From assembly GCA_902825845.1 (NCBI GenBank), contig CADECM010000001.1:98831-162830 (forward strand): 64,000 bases of DNA, in the 5' to 3' direction. The position numbers were made by a program, and so were the translations under genes. The notes below the pieces were generated by a model, which was not told where the DNA came from, made no database searches, and saw nothing but the letters and a program-made list of their open reading frames with translations. How positions within the stretch are numbered: position 1 is the first letter of the stretch; each line of letters starts with the position of its first letter. Origin of the DNA: an uncultured beta proteobacterium. GTDB lineage: Bacteria; Pseudomonadota; Gammaproteobacteria; Burkholderiales; SG8-41. This document shows positions 50,648 to 62,353 of the stretch, in pieces.

Positions 50648-51795
50648 CGATTTTTGAGCGGTACGAACTGGCGATTCTCCGGTCCCCGGTAAAGCGCGGT
50701 GGGCCGGATCAGCTTGTTGTCCAGACGCTGTTCCATCACGTGCGCCGCCCAACCGGCGGTGCGCGAGATGACGAAAATCGGCGTGAACATCAGGGTCGGC
50801 ACGCCAAGTTTGTTGTAAGACACGGCAGAGAACCAGTCAAGATTGGCGAACATGGTTTTTTCGCGCATCATCACCGCTTCGATGCGGTCGGCAACGTCAA
50901 ACATTTTCATGTCGCCCGTATCCTGTGACAGCTTGCGCGCGACTTCCTTGATGATTTTGTTGCGCGGATCAGCCACCGTGTACACGGCATGGCCGAAGCC
51001 GATGATGGTTTCTCTTTTGCGCACGCGAACGATGATGTCGGCTTCGGCATCGTCCGGCGTTTCATAACGGTTCATCACTTCAAAGCCGACCTCATTGGCA
51101 CCGCCATGCTTGGGGCCGCGCAGCGCGCCCACACCGCCGACGATCGCGGAGTGCATGTCGGCGCCGGTGCCCGCCACCACGCGGCAGGCGAAGGTGGAGG
51201 CGTTGAATTCGTGCTCCGCATACAGATTGAGCGAGGTATGCATGGCGCGCACCGCGGGCGCCGTTGGCACACTGCCGTGCAGCAGGTGCAAAAAATGGCC
51301 ACCGATGGAATCGTCGTCGGTTTCGACGTCGATGCGCTTGCCGTTGGTGCTGTAGTGATACCAGTAGAGCAGCATGGAGCCGAACGAAGCTATCAGGCGG
51401 TCGGCAATATCACGCGCACCGGGCACGTTGTGATCTTCTTTTTCGGGCAGCACGCAGCCCAGTGCCGAACAGCCGGTGCGCATCACGTCCATGGGGTGCG
51501 CAGCGGGCGGCAGGGTTTCGAGCACTTGCTTGACCACCTGGGGCAGCCCGCGCAGCGTTTTTAGCTTGGCCTTGTAGTTGGCCAGTTCCGCCGCGTTGGG
51601 TAGTTTGTCGTGAATCAACAGATAGGCGACCTCTTCATACTCGCAAGTCTCGGCGATGTCATAGATATCATAGCCACGATAGTGCAAGTCATTGCCGCTG
51701 TGACCCACGGTGCACAGCGCGGTGCTTCCGGCGGCGATGCCCGACAGGGCAACGCCTCTTTTTTCGCGCACGATGGGCTGTTCGTTGCTGCTCAT
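50644..51795 (-). CDS. prpC: 2-methylcitrate synthase
   Basis: 383 aa. Very similar to E. coli PrpC as I recall it ([43 protein letters not shown]). Confidence 0.93.
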   Translation of the reverse strand: MSSNEQPIVREKRGVALSGIAAGSTALCTVGHSGNDLHYRGYDIYDIAETCEYEEVAYLLIHDKLPNAAELANYKAKLKTLRGLPQVVKQVLETLPPAAHPMDVMRTGCSALGCVLPEKEDHNVPGARDIADRLIASFGSMLLYWYHYSTNGKRIDVETDDDSIGGHFLHLLHGSVPTAPAVRAMHTSLNLYAEHEFNASTFACRVVAGTGADMHSAIVGGVGALRGPKHGGANEVGFEVMNRYETPDDAEADIIVRVRKRETIIGFGHAVYTVADPRNKIIKEVARKLSQDTGDMKMFDVADRIEAVMMREKTMFANLDWFSAVSYNKLGVPTLMFTPIFVISRTAGWAAHVMEQRLDNKLIRPTALYRGPENRQFVPLKNR

Positions 51796-51816
51796 GATGA
51801 TTTCCTTTCAGTCTTC

Positions 51817-51860
51817 AAAAACAAAAAACGGACTTCCGAGGGACGTCCGTTTTCTTTTTT
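51817..51860 (-). terminator. intrinsic terminator/attenuator downstream of mdh (symmetric, potentially bidirectional)
   Basis: AACGGAC-TTCCGAGGGA-GTCCGTT type hairpin (7 bp plus 3 bp, GAG loop), flanked by an A-rich run and T-rich runs. About 20 nt remain before the prpC start. Confidence 0.65.
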
Positions 51861-51872
51861 AAATTCAGACGC

Positions 51873-52862
51873 TTATCCCAGAAGGTGTTTAATGGCGTCG
51901 CGCTCTTCCTGCAACTCCTTCAACGTCGCCTGCATGCGGCCGCGGCTGAAATCGCTGACCTCGAGGCCCTTGACGATTTCGAATTTACCGTTCTTGCAGG
52001 TGGTGGGATAACCGTACATCACGCCTTCGGGTATGCCATAACTGCCGTCCGCGGCGATGCCCATGCTGACCCAGTCGCCATCGCGGGTTCCGAAAACCCA
52101 GTCGTGCACATGGTCGATTGCGGCGTTGGCAGCACTGGCCGCGGAAGAAAGGCCGCGCGCGGCAATGATCGCCGCACCGCGCTGCTGGATCGTGGGTATG
52201 AAGTCCTTTTCCAGCCAGTTTTGATCATTGATCATCGGCCATACTTTTTGCCCATCGACTTCAGCGGTAAAGACATCCGGGTACTGGGTGGAGGAATGGT
52301 TGCCCCACACATGAAGTTTTTTCAGGCTGGATACCGGCTTGCCGACTTTTTGCGCGACCTGCGACAGCGACCGATTGTGATCCAGACGCATCATCGCCGT
52401 GAAATTCGAGGGCTTGAGGCCTGGCGCATTTTTCATCGCTATCAGGCAGTTGGTGTTGGCAGGATTGCCCACCACCAGCACTTTGACATCGCGGCTGGCG
52501 TGATCGGACAGCGCCTTGCCCTGCGGACCAAAAATTTTGCCGTTGGCTTCCAGAAGATCCTTGCGCTCCATGCCGGGACCACGGGGCCGCGCGCCGACGA
52601 GAAGGGCAACCTCGACGTCTTTGAATGCCACGTTCGGATCGGAGGCCGGTATCATTCCGTGCAGCAAGGGAAACGCACAGTCGTCAAGCTCCATCATCAC
52701 GCCGGTCAGTGCTTTTTGCGCCTTTTCATCGGGAATTTCCAGCATTTGCAGAATTACCGGCTGGTCCTTGCCCAGCATTTCGCCGCTGGCGATTCTGAAG
52801 AGCAAGCTATAGCCGATTTGGCCTGCGGCGCCGGTCACAGCGACGCGCATGGGTTTTTTCAT
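51873..52862 (-). CDS. mdh: malate dehydrogenase
   Basis: [31 protein letters not shown]. 329 aa. LDH-like MDH family. Confidence 0.96.
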   Translation of the reverse strand: MKKPMRVAVTGAAGQIGYSLLFRIASGEMLGKDQPVILQMLEIPDEKAQKALTGVMMELDDCAFPLLHGMIPASDPNVAFKDVEVALLVGARPRGPGMERKDLLEANGKIFGPQGKALSDHASRDVKVLVVGNPANTNCLIAMKNAPGLKPSNFTAMMRLDHNRSLSQVAQKVGKPVSSLKKLHVWGNHSSTQYPDVFTAEVDGQKVWPMINDQNWLEKDFIPTIQQRGAAIIAARGLSSAASAANAAIDHVHDWVFGTRDGDWVSMGIAADGSYGIPEGVMYGYPTTCKNGKFEIVKGLEVSDFSRGRMQATLKELQEERDAIKHLLG

Positions 52863-53258
52863 GGTGGAACTCCTGAATTTCGGGTCTTAAAGGTTCGGGG
52901 GATTGCGGGGTCGCGCACGGCACACCGGACTGCACTAAAGCGAGCGTTACAAAGGGCCTTGCGTGCGGGAGCATCGATGATAGCCAAGCCCCCTCTGCCG
53001 GTCAACTTGCTCCCCGCGACGCCGCACTTGATACGAACATCACAATGCCCTTGATTGTTTGGCCTTAGCGGCAAAGTCACGCAGGGTGCATTCGCTCACT
53101 CTGCTGTTCCGCAACATGCGGAAAGCTGGTAAAATTTTTAAATAGGCGATGCGCGCGGCAGTTCCACCAAGAAGTCTTGCTGAACCGCCCATGCGGCCAG
53201 GATCCTTCGGGCTGTCAGCCCGGATTTTTTTGTCTTTTCGAACCACGAGAGTAGTCAC

Positions 53259-53636
53259 TTGATACCCACCAGTCGCCCAAAACATCTGAATTTGATGCAA
53301 ATCCGATTGCCATTGCCGGCATTCGTATCGATATTGCACCGGGTTAGTGGCGCGGCGATTTTTCTGATGTTGCCGTTTCTCCTGTGTTTGTGGGCTTCGA
53401 GCTTGGAGTCGCAGAGTTCGTTCGCCGCATTTAAAGCCTGGATCAGCCACCCGCTGGCGAAGCTGGCGCTGACAGGTTTGTTGTGGGCATACCTTCATCA
53501 TTTCTGCGCGGGAATCAGGCATCTGGCCATGGATTTGCACCATGGGCTGGAGCTGGCAACGGCGCGTGCCACCAGCTACGCCGTACTGGGGATCAGTCTG
53601 ACGCTCACGATCCTGATCGGGGTGAAGCTATGGTAA
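53259..53636 (+). CDS. sdhC: succinate dehydrogenase cytochrome b556 subunit
   Basis: 125 aa, 3 TM helices, SILHRVSG heme-ligand context. TTG start. Confidence 0.9.
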   Translation: MIPTSRPKHLNLMQIRLPLPAFVSILHRVSGAAIFLMLPFLLCLWASSLESQSSFAAFKAWISHPLAKLALTGLLWAYLHHFCAGIRHLAMDLHHGLELATARATSYAVLGISLTLTILIGVKLW

Positions 53637-53977
53637 AGCGCGAAGTGATCGGCGCCCACTACGGCCTGCGCGATTGGCTGGCGCAGCGCGTAACTGCGCT
53701 CGTGATGGCGATATATACGATCATTTTCCTGACCATGGTGTTAAGTCTGCCGCAATTTGACTTTCCCAGCTGGAAATCGATGTGGGCATCGCCGTGGCTG
53801 CGCTCCGCGACCTTGCTGTTTCTGCTAAGTTTATTCCTGCACGCATGGATCGGCATGCGCAATATCTTCATGGACTACGTCAAGTCCACGGGCTTGCGCT
53901 TGACGCTTTACGTTCTGGTGATCCTTGCCCTGGTTGCGTACGGCGCCTGGGCTGTGCAGATTCTGTGGGGAAGGTAA
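53630..53977 (+). CDS. sdhD: succinate dehydrogenase hydrophobic membrane anchor subunit
   Basis: ATG 53630 (MVKREVIGAHYGLRDWLAQR) overlaps the sdhC stop. 115 aa, 3 TM helices. Confidence 0.9.
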   Translation: MVKREVIGAHYGLRDWLAQRVTALVMAIYTIIFLTMVLSLPQFDFPSWKSMWASPWLRSATLLFLLSLFLHAWIGMRNIFMDYVKSTGLRLTLYVLVILALVAYGAWAVQILWGR

Positions 53978-55746
53978 TGGCAATAGCGCGCAGGCAATTT
54001 GACGCAGTGGTGGTGGGGGCCGGCGGATCCGGCCTGCGCGCCGCGCTGCAACTGGCGGAATGCAATCTCAAGGTGGCCGTGTTGTCCAAGGTGTTTCCGA
54101 CACGATCGCACACGGTGGCGGCGCAAGGTGGTGTCTCGGCGTCGCTTGGCAACGAGGAAGCGGACAACTGGCACTGGCATATGTACGATACCGTCAAGGG
54201 GTCGGACTATCTCGGCGATCAGGACGCGATTGAGTTCATGTGCCGCAAGGCGTGCGATGCGGTAATCGAACTTGAGCACTACGGCATGCCGTTTGACCGT
54301 CTCGACAATGGCAAGATTTACCAGCGCCCGTTTGGCGGTCATACCAGCAACTACGGCGAGCGCGAAATCAAGCGCGCGTGTGCCGCGGCCGACCGTACCG
54401 GGCACGCCATGCTGCATACCCTGTACCAGCGCAATGTGCGCGCGCGCACGCAGTTTTTCGTGGAGTGGATGGCGCTTGATCTGATCCGCAACCAGCAGGG
54501 GGACGTGCTGGGCGTGGTGGCACTGGAGATGGAAACCGGCGAAGTGATGATCCTGCAGGCCAAGGCCACCTTGCTGGCAACCGGCGGCGCGGGACGGATA
54601 TTTTCAGCCAGCACCAATGCATTCATTAACACCGGAGACGGACTGGGGATGGCGGCGCGCGCGGGTATTCCGCTGGAAGACATGGAATTCTGGCAGTTTC
54701 ACCCCACGGGCGTGGCCGGTGCCGGTGTGCTGATCACAGAGGGTGTGCGTGGTGAAGGTGGATTTCTATTGAACAAAGACGGCGAGCGCTTCATGGAGCG
54801 TTACGCGCCGACGGTCAAGGACCTGGCAAGCCGAGATGTCGTGTCGCGCGCCATGGCCACCGAGATCAAGGAGGGCCGCGGTGCGGGTAAGGACGGCGAG
54901 TATATATTGCTCAAGCTCGATCACCTGGGCGCGGATGTTATCGATAAGCGCCTCCCGGGCATTCGCGAAATCGCCAAGAAATTTGCCAATGTTGACCCGG
55001 TGACCGATCCTATTCCGGTGGTGCCCACCTGCCACTATCAGATGGGGGGCATACCGACCAATGTGCACGGTCAGGCGGTCATGCCCGATGGCAGCGGCGG
55101 CGAGCGGGTGGTGAAGGGTCTCTACGCCGCGGGCGAATGTGCCTGCGTATCGGTGCACGGCGCCAACCGGCTGGGCACGAATTCACTGCTGGATCTGCTG
55201 GTGTTCGGCAAGTCGGCCGGCGAACAGGTGGTGCGAGACATCGCCGCGGATGTGGCCGCGATGCCGGATTTGCCGGCTGATGCCGCGGACAGGACGATGG
55301 CCCGGCTGTCGCGGCTTGACGCGGCATCATCCTCGGGCGAACGCGTCAGCGACGTGGGCGCGGCCATGCGGCGTGCCATGCAGGCGCACTGCGGCGTGTT
55401 CCGCTTTCCGGACAGCATGGCCGAGGGCGTCAAGAAGATACTCGAGGTCGCGGAACGCGCCAGGCACACATGCATTCAGGACAAGAGTAAGGTGTTCAAC
55501 ACGGCGCGGGTTGAGGCGCTGGAACTCGATAACCTGGTGGAAGTGGCCTTGTCGACCATGATTTCCGCAAATGCCCGGCAGGAGTCACGCGGCGCGCATG
55601 ACCGCAGCGATTTTCCCAATCGCGACGATGCGAACTGGATGAAGCACACGCTATGGTTCAAGGAAGGTAACCGCCTCGAGTATAAACCGGTGCAGCTAAA
55701 GCCGATGACCGTGGCGACCTTTGAACCCAAGGCCCGCGTCTACTAA
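53977..55746 (+). CDS. sdhA: succinate dehydrogenase flavoprotein subunit
   Basis: ATG 53977 (MAIARRQFDAVVVGAGGSGLRAAL). SHTVAAQGG covalent-FAD His context and HGANRLG. Confidence 0.96.
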   Translation: MAIARRQFDAVVVGAGGSGLRAALQLAECNLKVAVLSKVFPTRSHTVAAQGGVSASLGNEEADNWHWHMYDTVKGSDYLGDQDAIEFMCRKACDAVIELEHYGMPFDRLDNGKIYQRPFGGHTSNYGEREIKRACAAADRTGHAMLHTLYQRNVRARTQFFVEWMALDLIRNQQGDVLGVVALEMETGEVMILQAKATLLATGGAGRIFSASTNAFINTGDGLGMAARAGIPLEDMEFWQFHPTGVAGAGVLITEGVRGEGGFLLNKDGERFMERYAPTVKDLASRDVVSRAMATEIKEGRGAGKDGEYILLKLDHLGADVIDKRLPGIREIAKKFANVDPVTDPIPVVPTCHYQMGGIPTNVHGQAVMPDGSGGERVVKGLYAAGECACVSVHGANRLGTNSLLDLLVFGKSAGEQVVRDIAADVAAMPDLPADAADRTMARLSRLDAASSSGERVSDVGAAMRRAMQAHCGVFRFPDSMAEGVKKILEVAERARHTCIQDKSKVFNTARVEALELDNLVEVALSTMISANARQESRGAHDRSDFPNRDDANWMKHTLWFKEGNRLEYKPVQLKPMTVATFEPKARVY

Positions 55747-55765
55747 GTGGCAACAAGGATCCAAG

Positions 55766-56461
55766 ATGCGTTTTAATATTTACCGCTATAACCCCGATGT
55801 TGACGCCAAGCCGCGCATGCAGTTTTACGATGTCGCGATGGAGCCGACGGACCGCATGTTGCTGGATGCCTTGGTGCGAATCAAGGCCGAAGACGATACT
55901 TTTGCGTTTCGCCGCTCCTGCCGCGAGGGCGTGTGCGGGTCGGATGCCATGAATATCAATGGCAAGAACGGCCTGGCCTGTATTACCAAGCTTGCCGATT
56001 TGCGAGAGCCGGTGGAAATACGGCCTTTGCCTGGACTGCCGGTGATTCGCGACCTGATCGTCGATATGTCGCAGTTCTTCAAGCAGTATCATTCGATCAA
56101 GCCGTACGTGGTGAACGATACGCCGCCGCCCGAAAAGGAACGGCTGCAGTCGCCGCAGGACCGCGAAGAGCTGAACGGGCTGTACGAGTGTATTCTGTGC
56201 GCGTGCTGCTCCACGTCCTGCCCGTCGTTCTGGTGGAACCCGGACAAATTTGTGGGCCCGGCAGGCCTGCTGCAGGCCTACCGGTTTATCGCCGACACGC
56301 GCGACCAGTCGGTCAACGAGCGGCTGGACAATCTGGAAGACCCGTATCGGCTGTTCCGCTGCCATTCGATCATGAATTGCGTGGATGTGTGCCCGAAAAA
56401 CCTTAATCCGACCCGGGCTATCGGCAAGATCAAGGATTTGCTGATCAAACGTACGGTCTGA
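55766..56461 (+). CDS. sdhB: succinate dehydrogenase iron-sulfur subunit
   Basis: ATG 55766 (MRFNIYRYNPD). CREGVCGSDAMNING, CILCACCSTSCP and CHSIMNCVDVCP. Confidence 0.96.
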   Translation: MRFNIYRYNPDVDAKPRMQFYDVAMEPTDRMLLDALVRIKAEDDTFAFRRSCREGVCGSDAMNINGKNGLACITKLADLREPVEIRPLPGLPVIRDLIVDMSQFFKQYHSIKPYVVNDTPPPEKERLQSPQDREELNGLYECILCACCSTSCPSFWWNPDKFVGPAGLLQAYRFIADTRDQSVNERLDNLEDPYRLFRCHSIMNCVDVCPKNLNPTRAIGKIKDLLIKRTV

Positions 56462-56473
56462 GCGGGACGCAGG

Positions 56474-56707
56474 ATGAGTGACCGCGATAGAATTCGGTGG
56501 CACTGCCGCCGCGGGTTGCTCGAGCTGGATTTGCTGCTGGAACGGTTTGTGACGCGGCACCTGGATGCGCTCAACGTGCACCAGATCGACGTGTTCAAGG
56601 AACTGCTGGCGTACGAGGACAACGATTTGCTGGACATGGTGATGGGCCGGGCCGAGCCTGTGCATGAAGGCTTGGCCGATGTTCTCGCCATGTTGCGCGC
56701 CACATGA
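56474..56707 (+). CDS. sdhE: FAD assembly factor SdhE (DUF339)
   Basis: 77 aa. RWHCRRGLLELDLLL motif. Lies between sdhB and gltA. Confidence 0.88.
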   Translation: MSDRDRIRWHCRRGLLELDLLLERFVTRHLDALNVHQIDVFKELLAYEDNDLLDMVMGRAEPVHEGLADVLAMLRAT

Positions 56708-56759
56708 AACGAGTATGAAGTCAGGAACTGTGTTTAACTGGACTTAACTGGAGATTGGC

Positions 56760-58058
56760 ATGAGCGAGAAACTGGCAACGCTGTCATTCAGCGACGGCAA
56801 ACCCTCCGTGGATTTTCCGATTTACAGCGGCAATGAAGGCCCGGACGTGATTGACGTGCGTGCCCTGTACGGCAAGACCGGATTGTTCACATATGATCCG
56901 GGTTTCATGTCGACCGCCAGTTGCCGCTCGAGCATTACCTACATCGACGGTGACGTTGGCATATTGCAGTACCGCGGTTATCCGATCGAGGATCTCGCTG
57001 AAACCTGCAGCTTCCTCGAGGTATCGTATCTGATCCTCAATGGCGAGCTGCCCAGCAAGAATCAGCTCGACGCCTTCGTCAATACGGTTACGCGCCATAC
57101 CATGGTGCATGAGCAGTTATCGTCGTTTTTCCGGGGCTTTCGCCGCGATGCGCATCCGATGGCCGTGATGTGCGGGGTGGTCGGCGCACTGTCGGCTTTC
57201 TACCACGACTCGATCGACATCAACGACGCGCGCAGCCGCGAGATTTCGGCGTTCCGCCTGATCGCCAAGCTGCCGACGATCACCGCGATGACGTACAAGT
57301 ACACCACCGGCCAGCCGTTCATGTACCCGCGCAACGACTTGTCCTATGTCGAGAATTTTCTCTACATGACCTTCGGCACGCCTTGCGAAGAGTGGAAACC
57401 GAATCCCGTACTGACCAAGGCCATGGAGCGGATTCTGATTCTGCATGCAGACCATGAGCAAAATGCATCCACCTCCACGGTACGCATCGCCGGTTCCACC
57501 GGCGCCAATCCGTTTGCCTGCATATCGGCGGGTATTGCCGCACTTTGGGGGCCCGCGCACGGCGGCGCGAACGAGGCCGTGCTTAAAATGCTGGATCATA
57601 TCGGTGATGTGAAGAACATTCCGCAGTTTCTCGACCGCGTCAAGGTGAAGGAAGATCACACGATGCTGATGGGGTTCGGCCATCGCGTCTACAAGAACTA
57701 TGACCCGCGGGCGCGCCTGGTGCAGAAAACCTGCCACGAAGTGCTGGAAGCGCTGGACCTGAAGGACGACAAGCTGTTCAAGCTTGCCATGGCGTTGGAA
57801 AAGATTGCGCTGGAAGATGAATACTTCATCAAGCGACAGCTCTATCCCAATGTCGATTTTTACTCGGGCATTGTGTACAAGGCGCTGGGCATACCCGTGC
57901 CGATGTTCACCGCGATATTCGCGCTGGCGCGGACCGTCGGCTGGATTGCGCAATGGAACGAAATGCTGGGCGATGCGGATGCCAAGATCGGCCGCCCGCG
58001 GCAGTTGTTTACCGGCGCCGCTCGGCGTCCCTTCGTGCCCATGGCCAAACGCAAGTAA
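56760..58058 (+). CDS. gltA: type II citrate synthase
   Basis: 432 aa. [14 protein letters not shown] and [15 protein letters not shown]. Confidence 0.96.
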   Translation: MSEKLATLSFSDGKPSVDFPIYSGNEGPDVIDVRALYGKTGLFTYDPGFMSTASCRSSITYIDGDVGILQYRGYPIEDLAETCSFLEVSYLILNGELPSKNQLDAFVNTVTRHTMVHEQLSSFFRGFRRDAHPMAVMCGVVGALSAFYHDSIDINDARSREISAFRLIAKLPTITAMTYKYTTGQPFMYPRNDLSYVENFLYMTFGTPCEEWKPNPVLTKAMERILILHADHEQNASTSTVRIAGSTGANPFACISAGIAALWGPAHGGANEAVLKMLDHIGDVKNIPQFLDRVKVKEDHTMLMGFGHRVYKNYDPRARLVQKTCHEVLEALDLKDDKLFKLAMALEKIALEDEYFIKRQLYPNVDFYSGIVYKALGIPVPMFTAIFALARTVGWIAQWNEMLGDADAKIGRPRQLFTGAARRPFVPMAKRK

Positions 58059-58145
58059 ATCGTTGTGATGCGCAAGGTGTGACGGGCGCAACCCCGGGAT
58101 AGCGCCCCGCCTCCACGCCTTACGCAGCCAAAAGCAGGTGCCATT

Positions 58146-61022
58146 ATGATGAAAGAGTTCCGCGGCAACTCCTATCTGTATGGCGCCAACGCGCCGTTCA
58201 TCGAGGCGCTGTACGAGTCGTACCTTGCCGATCCACAGTCGGTAGAGCCGCGCTGGCGCGGGTATTTCGACGAGCTGCAGAAGCTGGATGACGGCCCGCC
58301 GGACGTGTCGCACGCCGCGGTACAGGAACGGTTTGCGGCCCTGGCGAAGTCCGACCGGGCCACCGCCGCGGCGCCGGCCGGCAATTTCCAGAAACAGTTC
58401 TCGGTGCTGCAACTCATCGCGGCATACCGCTTTCAGGGCTGCCGCGTGGCGGATGTCGATCCGCTGCGGCGCCTTGAAAAGCCGAACATTCCAGAACTGG
58501 ATCCGGCGTTCTACGGCTTGAGCGAGGCGGACTTCGATACCGTCTTCAACGCCGGTACGCTGCACGGCGCGCCGCAGGCGCCGCTGCGTGACATTTTGCA
58601 GCGCCTGCAGGAAACCTATTGCCGCAGCATCGGCGCCGAGATCATGTATATCTCGGATATTCCGCAAAAACGCTGGCTGCTGGAACGCTTCGAACCCACG
58701 CTGGGCAAGCCGCAGTACGACGCCGTCTATAAAAAGCACTTGCTGGAGCGGCTCACCGCGGCGGAGACGCTTGAAAAGTACCTCAACGCCAAGTATGTCG
58801 GCCAGACGCGCTTTTCGCTGGAGGGCGGCGATGCGCTGATTCCGCTGCTCGACAATCTGCTGCAGCGCGCCGGCGCCGCCGGCGTGCAGGAACTGGTGAT
58901 CGGCATGGCGCACCGCGGGCGCCTTAACGTGCTGGTCAATACCCTGGGCAAGATGCCCAAGGACCTGTTCTCCTCATTCGAAGGCAAGCAGAATCCCGAG
59001 GTGCTGGCGGGCGACGTCAAGTACCACGACGGGCAGTCGTCAAACATCATGACACCGGGCGGCCCGATGCACGCGATGCTGGCGTTCAATCCGTCGCATC
59101 TGGAAATCGTCAATCCGGTGGTTGAGGGATCGGTGCGCGCGCGCCAGCACCGGCGCAAGGATCACGCCGGCGATCAGGTGCTGCCGGTGGTGATCCACGG
59201 CGATGCGTCGATGGCGGGGCAGGGCGTGGTGATGGAAACGTTCAACCTCGCGGAAACGCGCGGTTACGGCACCGGCGGTACCGTGCACATTGTGATCAAC
59301 AACCAGATTGGCTTCACCATCTCCGACCGGCGCGATGCGCGTTCGACGGTGTATTGCTCGGACATTGCTAAGATGCTGGAAGTGCCTATATTCCACGTCA
59401 ACGGCGACGATCCGGAAGCCGTGTGTTTCGTGACGGAAATCGCGCTCGATTACCGCATGAAATTTCACAAGGACGCGGTGATCGACCTTGTGTGCTATCG
59501 CCGCCTCGGCCATAACGAGCAGGATGAGCCGATGGTGACACAGCCGCTGATGTACAAACGGATTCACTCGCATCCGACGCCGCGCAAGGTCTATGCCGAC
59601 CGGTTGGCGGGCGAGGACGTGGTCAGTGAAGCCGATGCCGATGCGGCGGTCGCCCTGTGCCGAGACGCACTGGATGGCGGCTATCACACCAACCAGACCA
59701 TTCTGTCCAATTACAAGCCACCGTTCGAGGCCAACTGGGCGCCGTACAAGGACGCCAAGTGGAACGAACAGGACGACACCCGCCTGCCGCTGGAAACGCT
59801 GCAGATGCTGGCACGCAAGCTGTGCGAAGTGCCCGCCAATTTCAAATTGCATCCGCGCGTCGACCGCATCATGCAGGACCGGCGGTTGATGGCCGAGGGC
59901 AAACTGCCGCTTGACTGGGGTATGGCCGAATCGCTGGCGTACGCCACGCTGCTGCACGAAGGCTATTCCATACGCCTGTCAGGACAGGATGCGGGGCGCG
60001 GCACATTTTTTCACCGTCACGCCGTGCTGCACGATCAGAACCGCGAACAGTGGGATCAGGGCGTGCACATTCCCTTGCATCATCTGGGACCGGATCAAGG
60101 TGACTTCCTGGTGATTGATTCGGTGCTGTCCGAAGAGGCGGTGTTGGGTTTCGAGTATGGCTACGCCACGGCCGGTCCCAACAATCTGGTGATCTGGGAG
60201 GCGCAATACGGCGACTTTGCCAACGGCGCGCAAGTGGTGATTGACCAGTTCATCGCCTCCGGCGAAGTCAAGTGGGGCCGCTTGTGCGGACTGACCATGA
60301 TGCTGCCCCATGGCTACGAGGGCGCGGGTCCTGAACATTCCTCCGCGCGCATCGAACGTTTCCTGCAACTGTGTGCCGACTACAATATGCAGATTTGCAT
60401 ACCCGCGACGCCGGTGCAGATGTATTACCTGCTGCGGCGCCAGATGATACGCCCGTACCGCAAGCCGCTGGTGATTTTCTCGCCGAAAAGCCTGCTGCGG
60501 CACAAGGAATCCGTGTCGCCACTGGAAGAGTTTGCCAACGACAAATTCCACCCCGTCAACGAAGACTGGGAAGAGCAGGAAATCAATCCCGACAAGGTGC
60601 AACGGGTCATTCTGTGCAGTGGCAAGGTGTTCTACGACCTGCGTGCTGAACGCCGTAATCGCGGCATTCGTGATCTGCCGCTGGTGCGCATTGCGCAGCT
60701 GTACCCGTTTTCGCACGACGAATTTCGCGCCATAGTTGTGCGCTACAAGAATGCCTCCGAAATCGTATGGTGCCAGGAAGAGCCGCGCAATCAGGGCGCT
60801 TGGCGCCATATTCAGCACTATTTGATGCGCCACCTGCTGCCGGGACAGACGCTTTACTATGCGGGTCGCGAATCTTCCGCCACGCCCGCCGCGGGCTATA
60901 AATCCCTGCACGACAAACAGCAAAAAGAGCTGGTGGATCAGGCGCTCACGCTGTCCGGCGGGAGCCTGCCGAGGAGCGCCACGATGCAGCCGCGGCCGCT
61001 CTCGGCAGGTGAGGAAAATTAA
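58146..61022 (+). CDS. sucA: 2-oxoglutarate dehydrogenase E1 component
   Basis: 958 aa. N-terminal [18 protein letters not shown], and a ThDP region [10 protein letters not shown]. Confidence 0.96.
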   Translation: MMKEFRGNSYLYGANAPFIEALYESYLADPQSVEPRWRGYFDELQKLDDGPPDVSHAAVQERFAALAKSDRATAAAPAGNFQKQFSVLQLIAAYRFQGCRVADVDPLRRLEKPNIPELDPAFYGLSEADFDTVFNAGTLHGAPQAPLRDILQRLQETYCRSIGAEIMYISDIPQKRWLLERFEPTLGKPQYDAVYKKHLLERLTAAETLEKYLNAKYVGQTRFSLEGGDALIPLLDNLLQRAGAAGVQELVIGMAHRGRLNVLVNTLGKMPKDLFSSFEGKQNPEVLAGDVKYHDGQSSNIMTPGGPMHAMLAFNPSHLEIVNPVVEGSVRARQHRRKDHAGDQVLPVVIHGDASMAGQGVVMETFNLAETRGYGTGGTVHIVINNQIGFTISDRRDARSTVYCSDIAKMLEVPIFHVNGDDPEAVCFVTEIALDYRMKFHKDAVIDLVCYRRLGHNEQDEPMVTQPLMYKRIHSHPTPRKVYADRLAGEDVVSEADADAAVALCRDALDGGYHTNQTILSNYKPPFEANWAPYKDAKWNEQDDTRLPLETLQMLARKLCEVPANFKLHPRVDRIMQDRRLMAEGKLPLDWGMAESLAYATLLHEGYSIRLSGQDAGRGTFFHRHAVLHDQNREQWDQGVHIPLHHLGPDQGDFLVIDSVLSEEAVLGFEYGYATAGPNNLVIWEAQYGDFANGAQVVIDQFIASGEVKWGRLCGLTMMLPHGYEGAGPEHSSARIERFLQLCADYNMQICIPATPVQMYYLLRRQMIRPYRKPLVIFSPKSLLRHKESVSPLEEFANDKFHPVNEDWEEQEINPDKVQRVILCSGKVFYDLRAERRNRGIRDLPLVRIAQLYPFSHDEFRAIVVRYKNASEIVWCQEEPRNQGAWRHIQHYLMRHLLPGQTLYYAGRESSATPAAGYKSLHDKQQKELVDQALTLSGGSLPRSATMQPRPLSAGEEN

Positions 61023-61051
61023 CAATAAAAACAAATACTTATGGTGAATTC

Positions 61052-62278
61052 ATGATCATCGAAGTGAAGGTGCCGCAGTTGTCGGAGTCGGTGGCCGAGG
61101 CAACGCTCGTCAGCTGGCACAAGAAGGCGGGCGAACGGGTGAAGCGCGACGAAAATCTGGTCGACATCGAGACCGATAAAGTGGTGCTGGAAACACCGGC
61201 GCCGGCCGAAGGCGTGCTGATCAGAATCGTCAAACCGGACGGCAGCACGGTGGCAAGCAAGGAAGTCATCGCGCAAATCGACACCGAGGCTGTTGCCACG
61301 GCTGCCGCCAGCCCTGAACCCGCGGCAGCGGCGGCACCCGCAGCGAAGCCGGACACCGGCGTGGCAACGGTAACCGCAATGCCCGCGGCCCAAAAGCTTG
61401 CCGCCGAAAACAAACTGGACACTGCCGCCATCAGCGGCAGCGGCCGTGGCGGGCGCGTCACGAAGGGCGACGTCATTGAAGCGTTAAAGCCGGCGCCTGC
61501 GGCAGCAGCTTCGACAACGGCAGCCGCACCCACGGTGCGCGCCGCGGCGCCCAGTGTCGATCTCAGCGCATTGGGAGAGCGGCCCGAACAGCGGGTGCCG
61601 ATGTCGCGCCTGCGCGCGCGGGTCGCCGAACGTCTGATCCAGTCGCAGTCCACGGCGGCGATTCTGACCACCTTCAACGAAGTCAACATGCAGCCGGTCA
61701 TGGATCTGCGCAAGCGCTACCAGGACCGCTTTGAGAAGGAGCATGGCGTTCGCCTGGGCTTCATGTCGTTCTTCGTGAAGGCCGCGGTGTATGCACTGAA
61801 AAAATACCCGGTGGTGAATGCGTCGATCGACGGCAACGACATCATCTATCACGGCTACTTCGACATCGGTGTCGCGGTGGGCAGTCCGCGCGGGCTGGTG
61901 GTGCCAATTGTGCGCAACGCCGACCAGCTGGGTCTAGCCGCCATCGAAAAGGTTATCGCCGACTACGGCAAGCGCGCGCAGGAGGGCAAGCTGACGCTGG
62001 AGGAACTGACCGGCGGCACATTTTCCATCTCCAATGGCGGTGTGTTCGGCTCCATGCTGTCGACGCCGATTATCAATCCGCCGCAGAGCGCGATCCTGGG
62101 CGTGCATGCAACCAAGGATCGGCCGGTGGTGGAGAACGGCCAGATCGTTATCCGTCCGATGAATTATCTTGCGCTGTCGTACGACCATCGCATCATCGAC
62201 GGGCGCGAAGCCGTGCTGTCGCTGGTGGCGATGAAAGACGCGCTGGAGGATCCGGCGCGCATGCTGCTGGAAATTTAA
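61052..62278 (+). CDS. sucB: dihydrolipoyllysine-residue succinyltransferase (E2o)
   Basis: Lipoyl domain ([10 protein letters not shown]), Ala/Pro linker, PSBD, and catalytic SYDHRIIDG. Confidence 0.96.
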   Translation: MIIEVKVPQLSESVAEATLVSWHKKAGERVKRDENLVDIETDKVVLETPAPAEGVLIRIVKPDGSTVASKEVIAQIDTEAVATAAASPEPAAAAAPAAKPDTGVATVTAMPAAQKLAAENKLDTAAISGSGRGGRVTKGDVIEALKPAPAAAASTTAAAPTVRAAAPSVDLSALGERPEQRVPMSRLRARVAERLIQSQSTAAILTTFNEVNMQPVMDLRKRYQDRFEKEHGVRLGFMSFFVKAAVYALKKYPVVNASIDGNDIIYHGYFDIGVAVGSPRGLVVPIVRNADQLGLAAIEKVIADYGKRAQEGKLTLEELTGGTFSISNGGVFGSMLSTPIINPPQSAILGVHATKDRPVVENGQIVIRPMNYLALSYDHRIIDGREAVLSLVAMKDALEDPARMLLEI

Positions 62279-62282
62279 AGGC

Positions 62283-62343
62283 GTGAACGGGTGAAGGGGT
62301 GTATGAATGCCTCCCTTCACGACATTACGCCTCACTCATTCAC
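62283..62343. repeat. octamer-periodic hairpin repeat (same family as 50573-50647)
   Basis: GTGAACGG GTGAAGGG ... CCCTTCAC ... GCCTCAC TCATTCAC, in the sucB-lpdA spacer. Confidence 0.65.
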
Positions 62344-62353
62344 GGAACTGCAA

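Noticed and set aside
51885-53054. 389-aa plus-strand ORF
   Set aside because: It is antisense to mdh.
53040-53543. 167-aa minus-strand ORF in the mdh-sdhC intergenic region
   Set aside because: It runs antisense into sdhC. The region is the divergent promoter zone.
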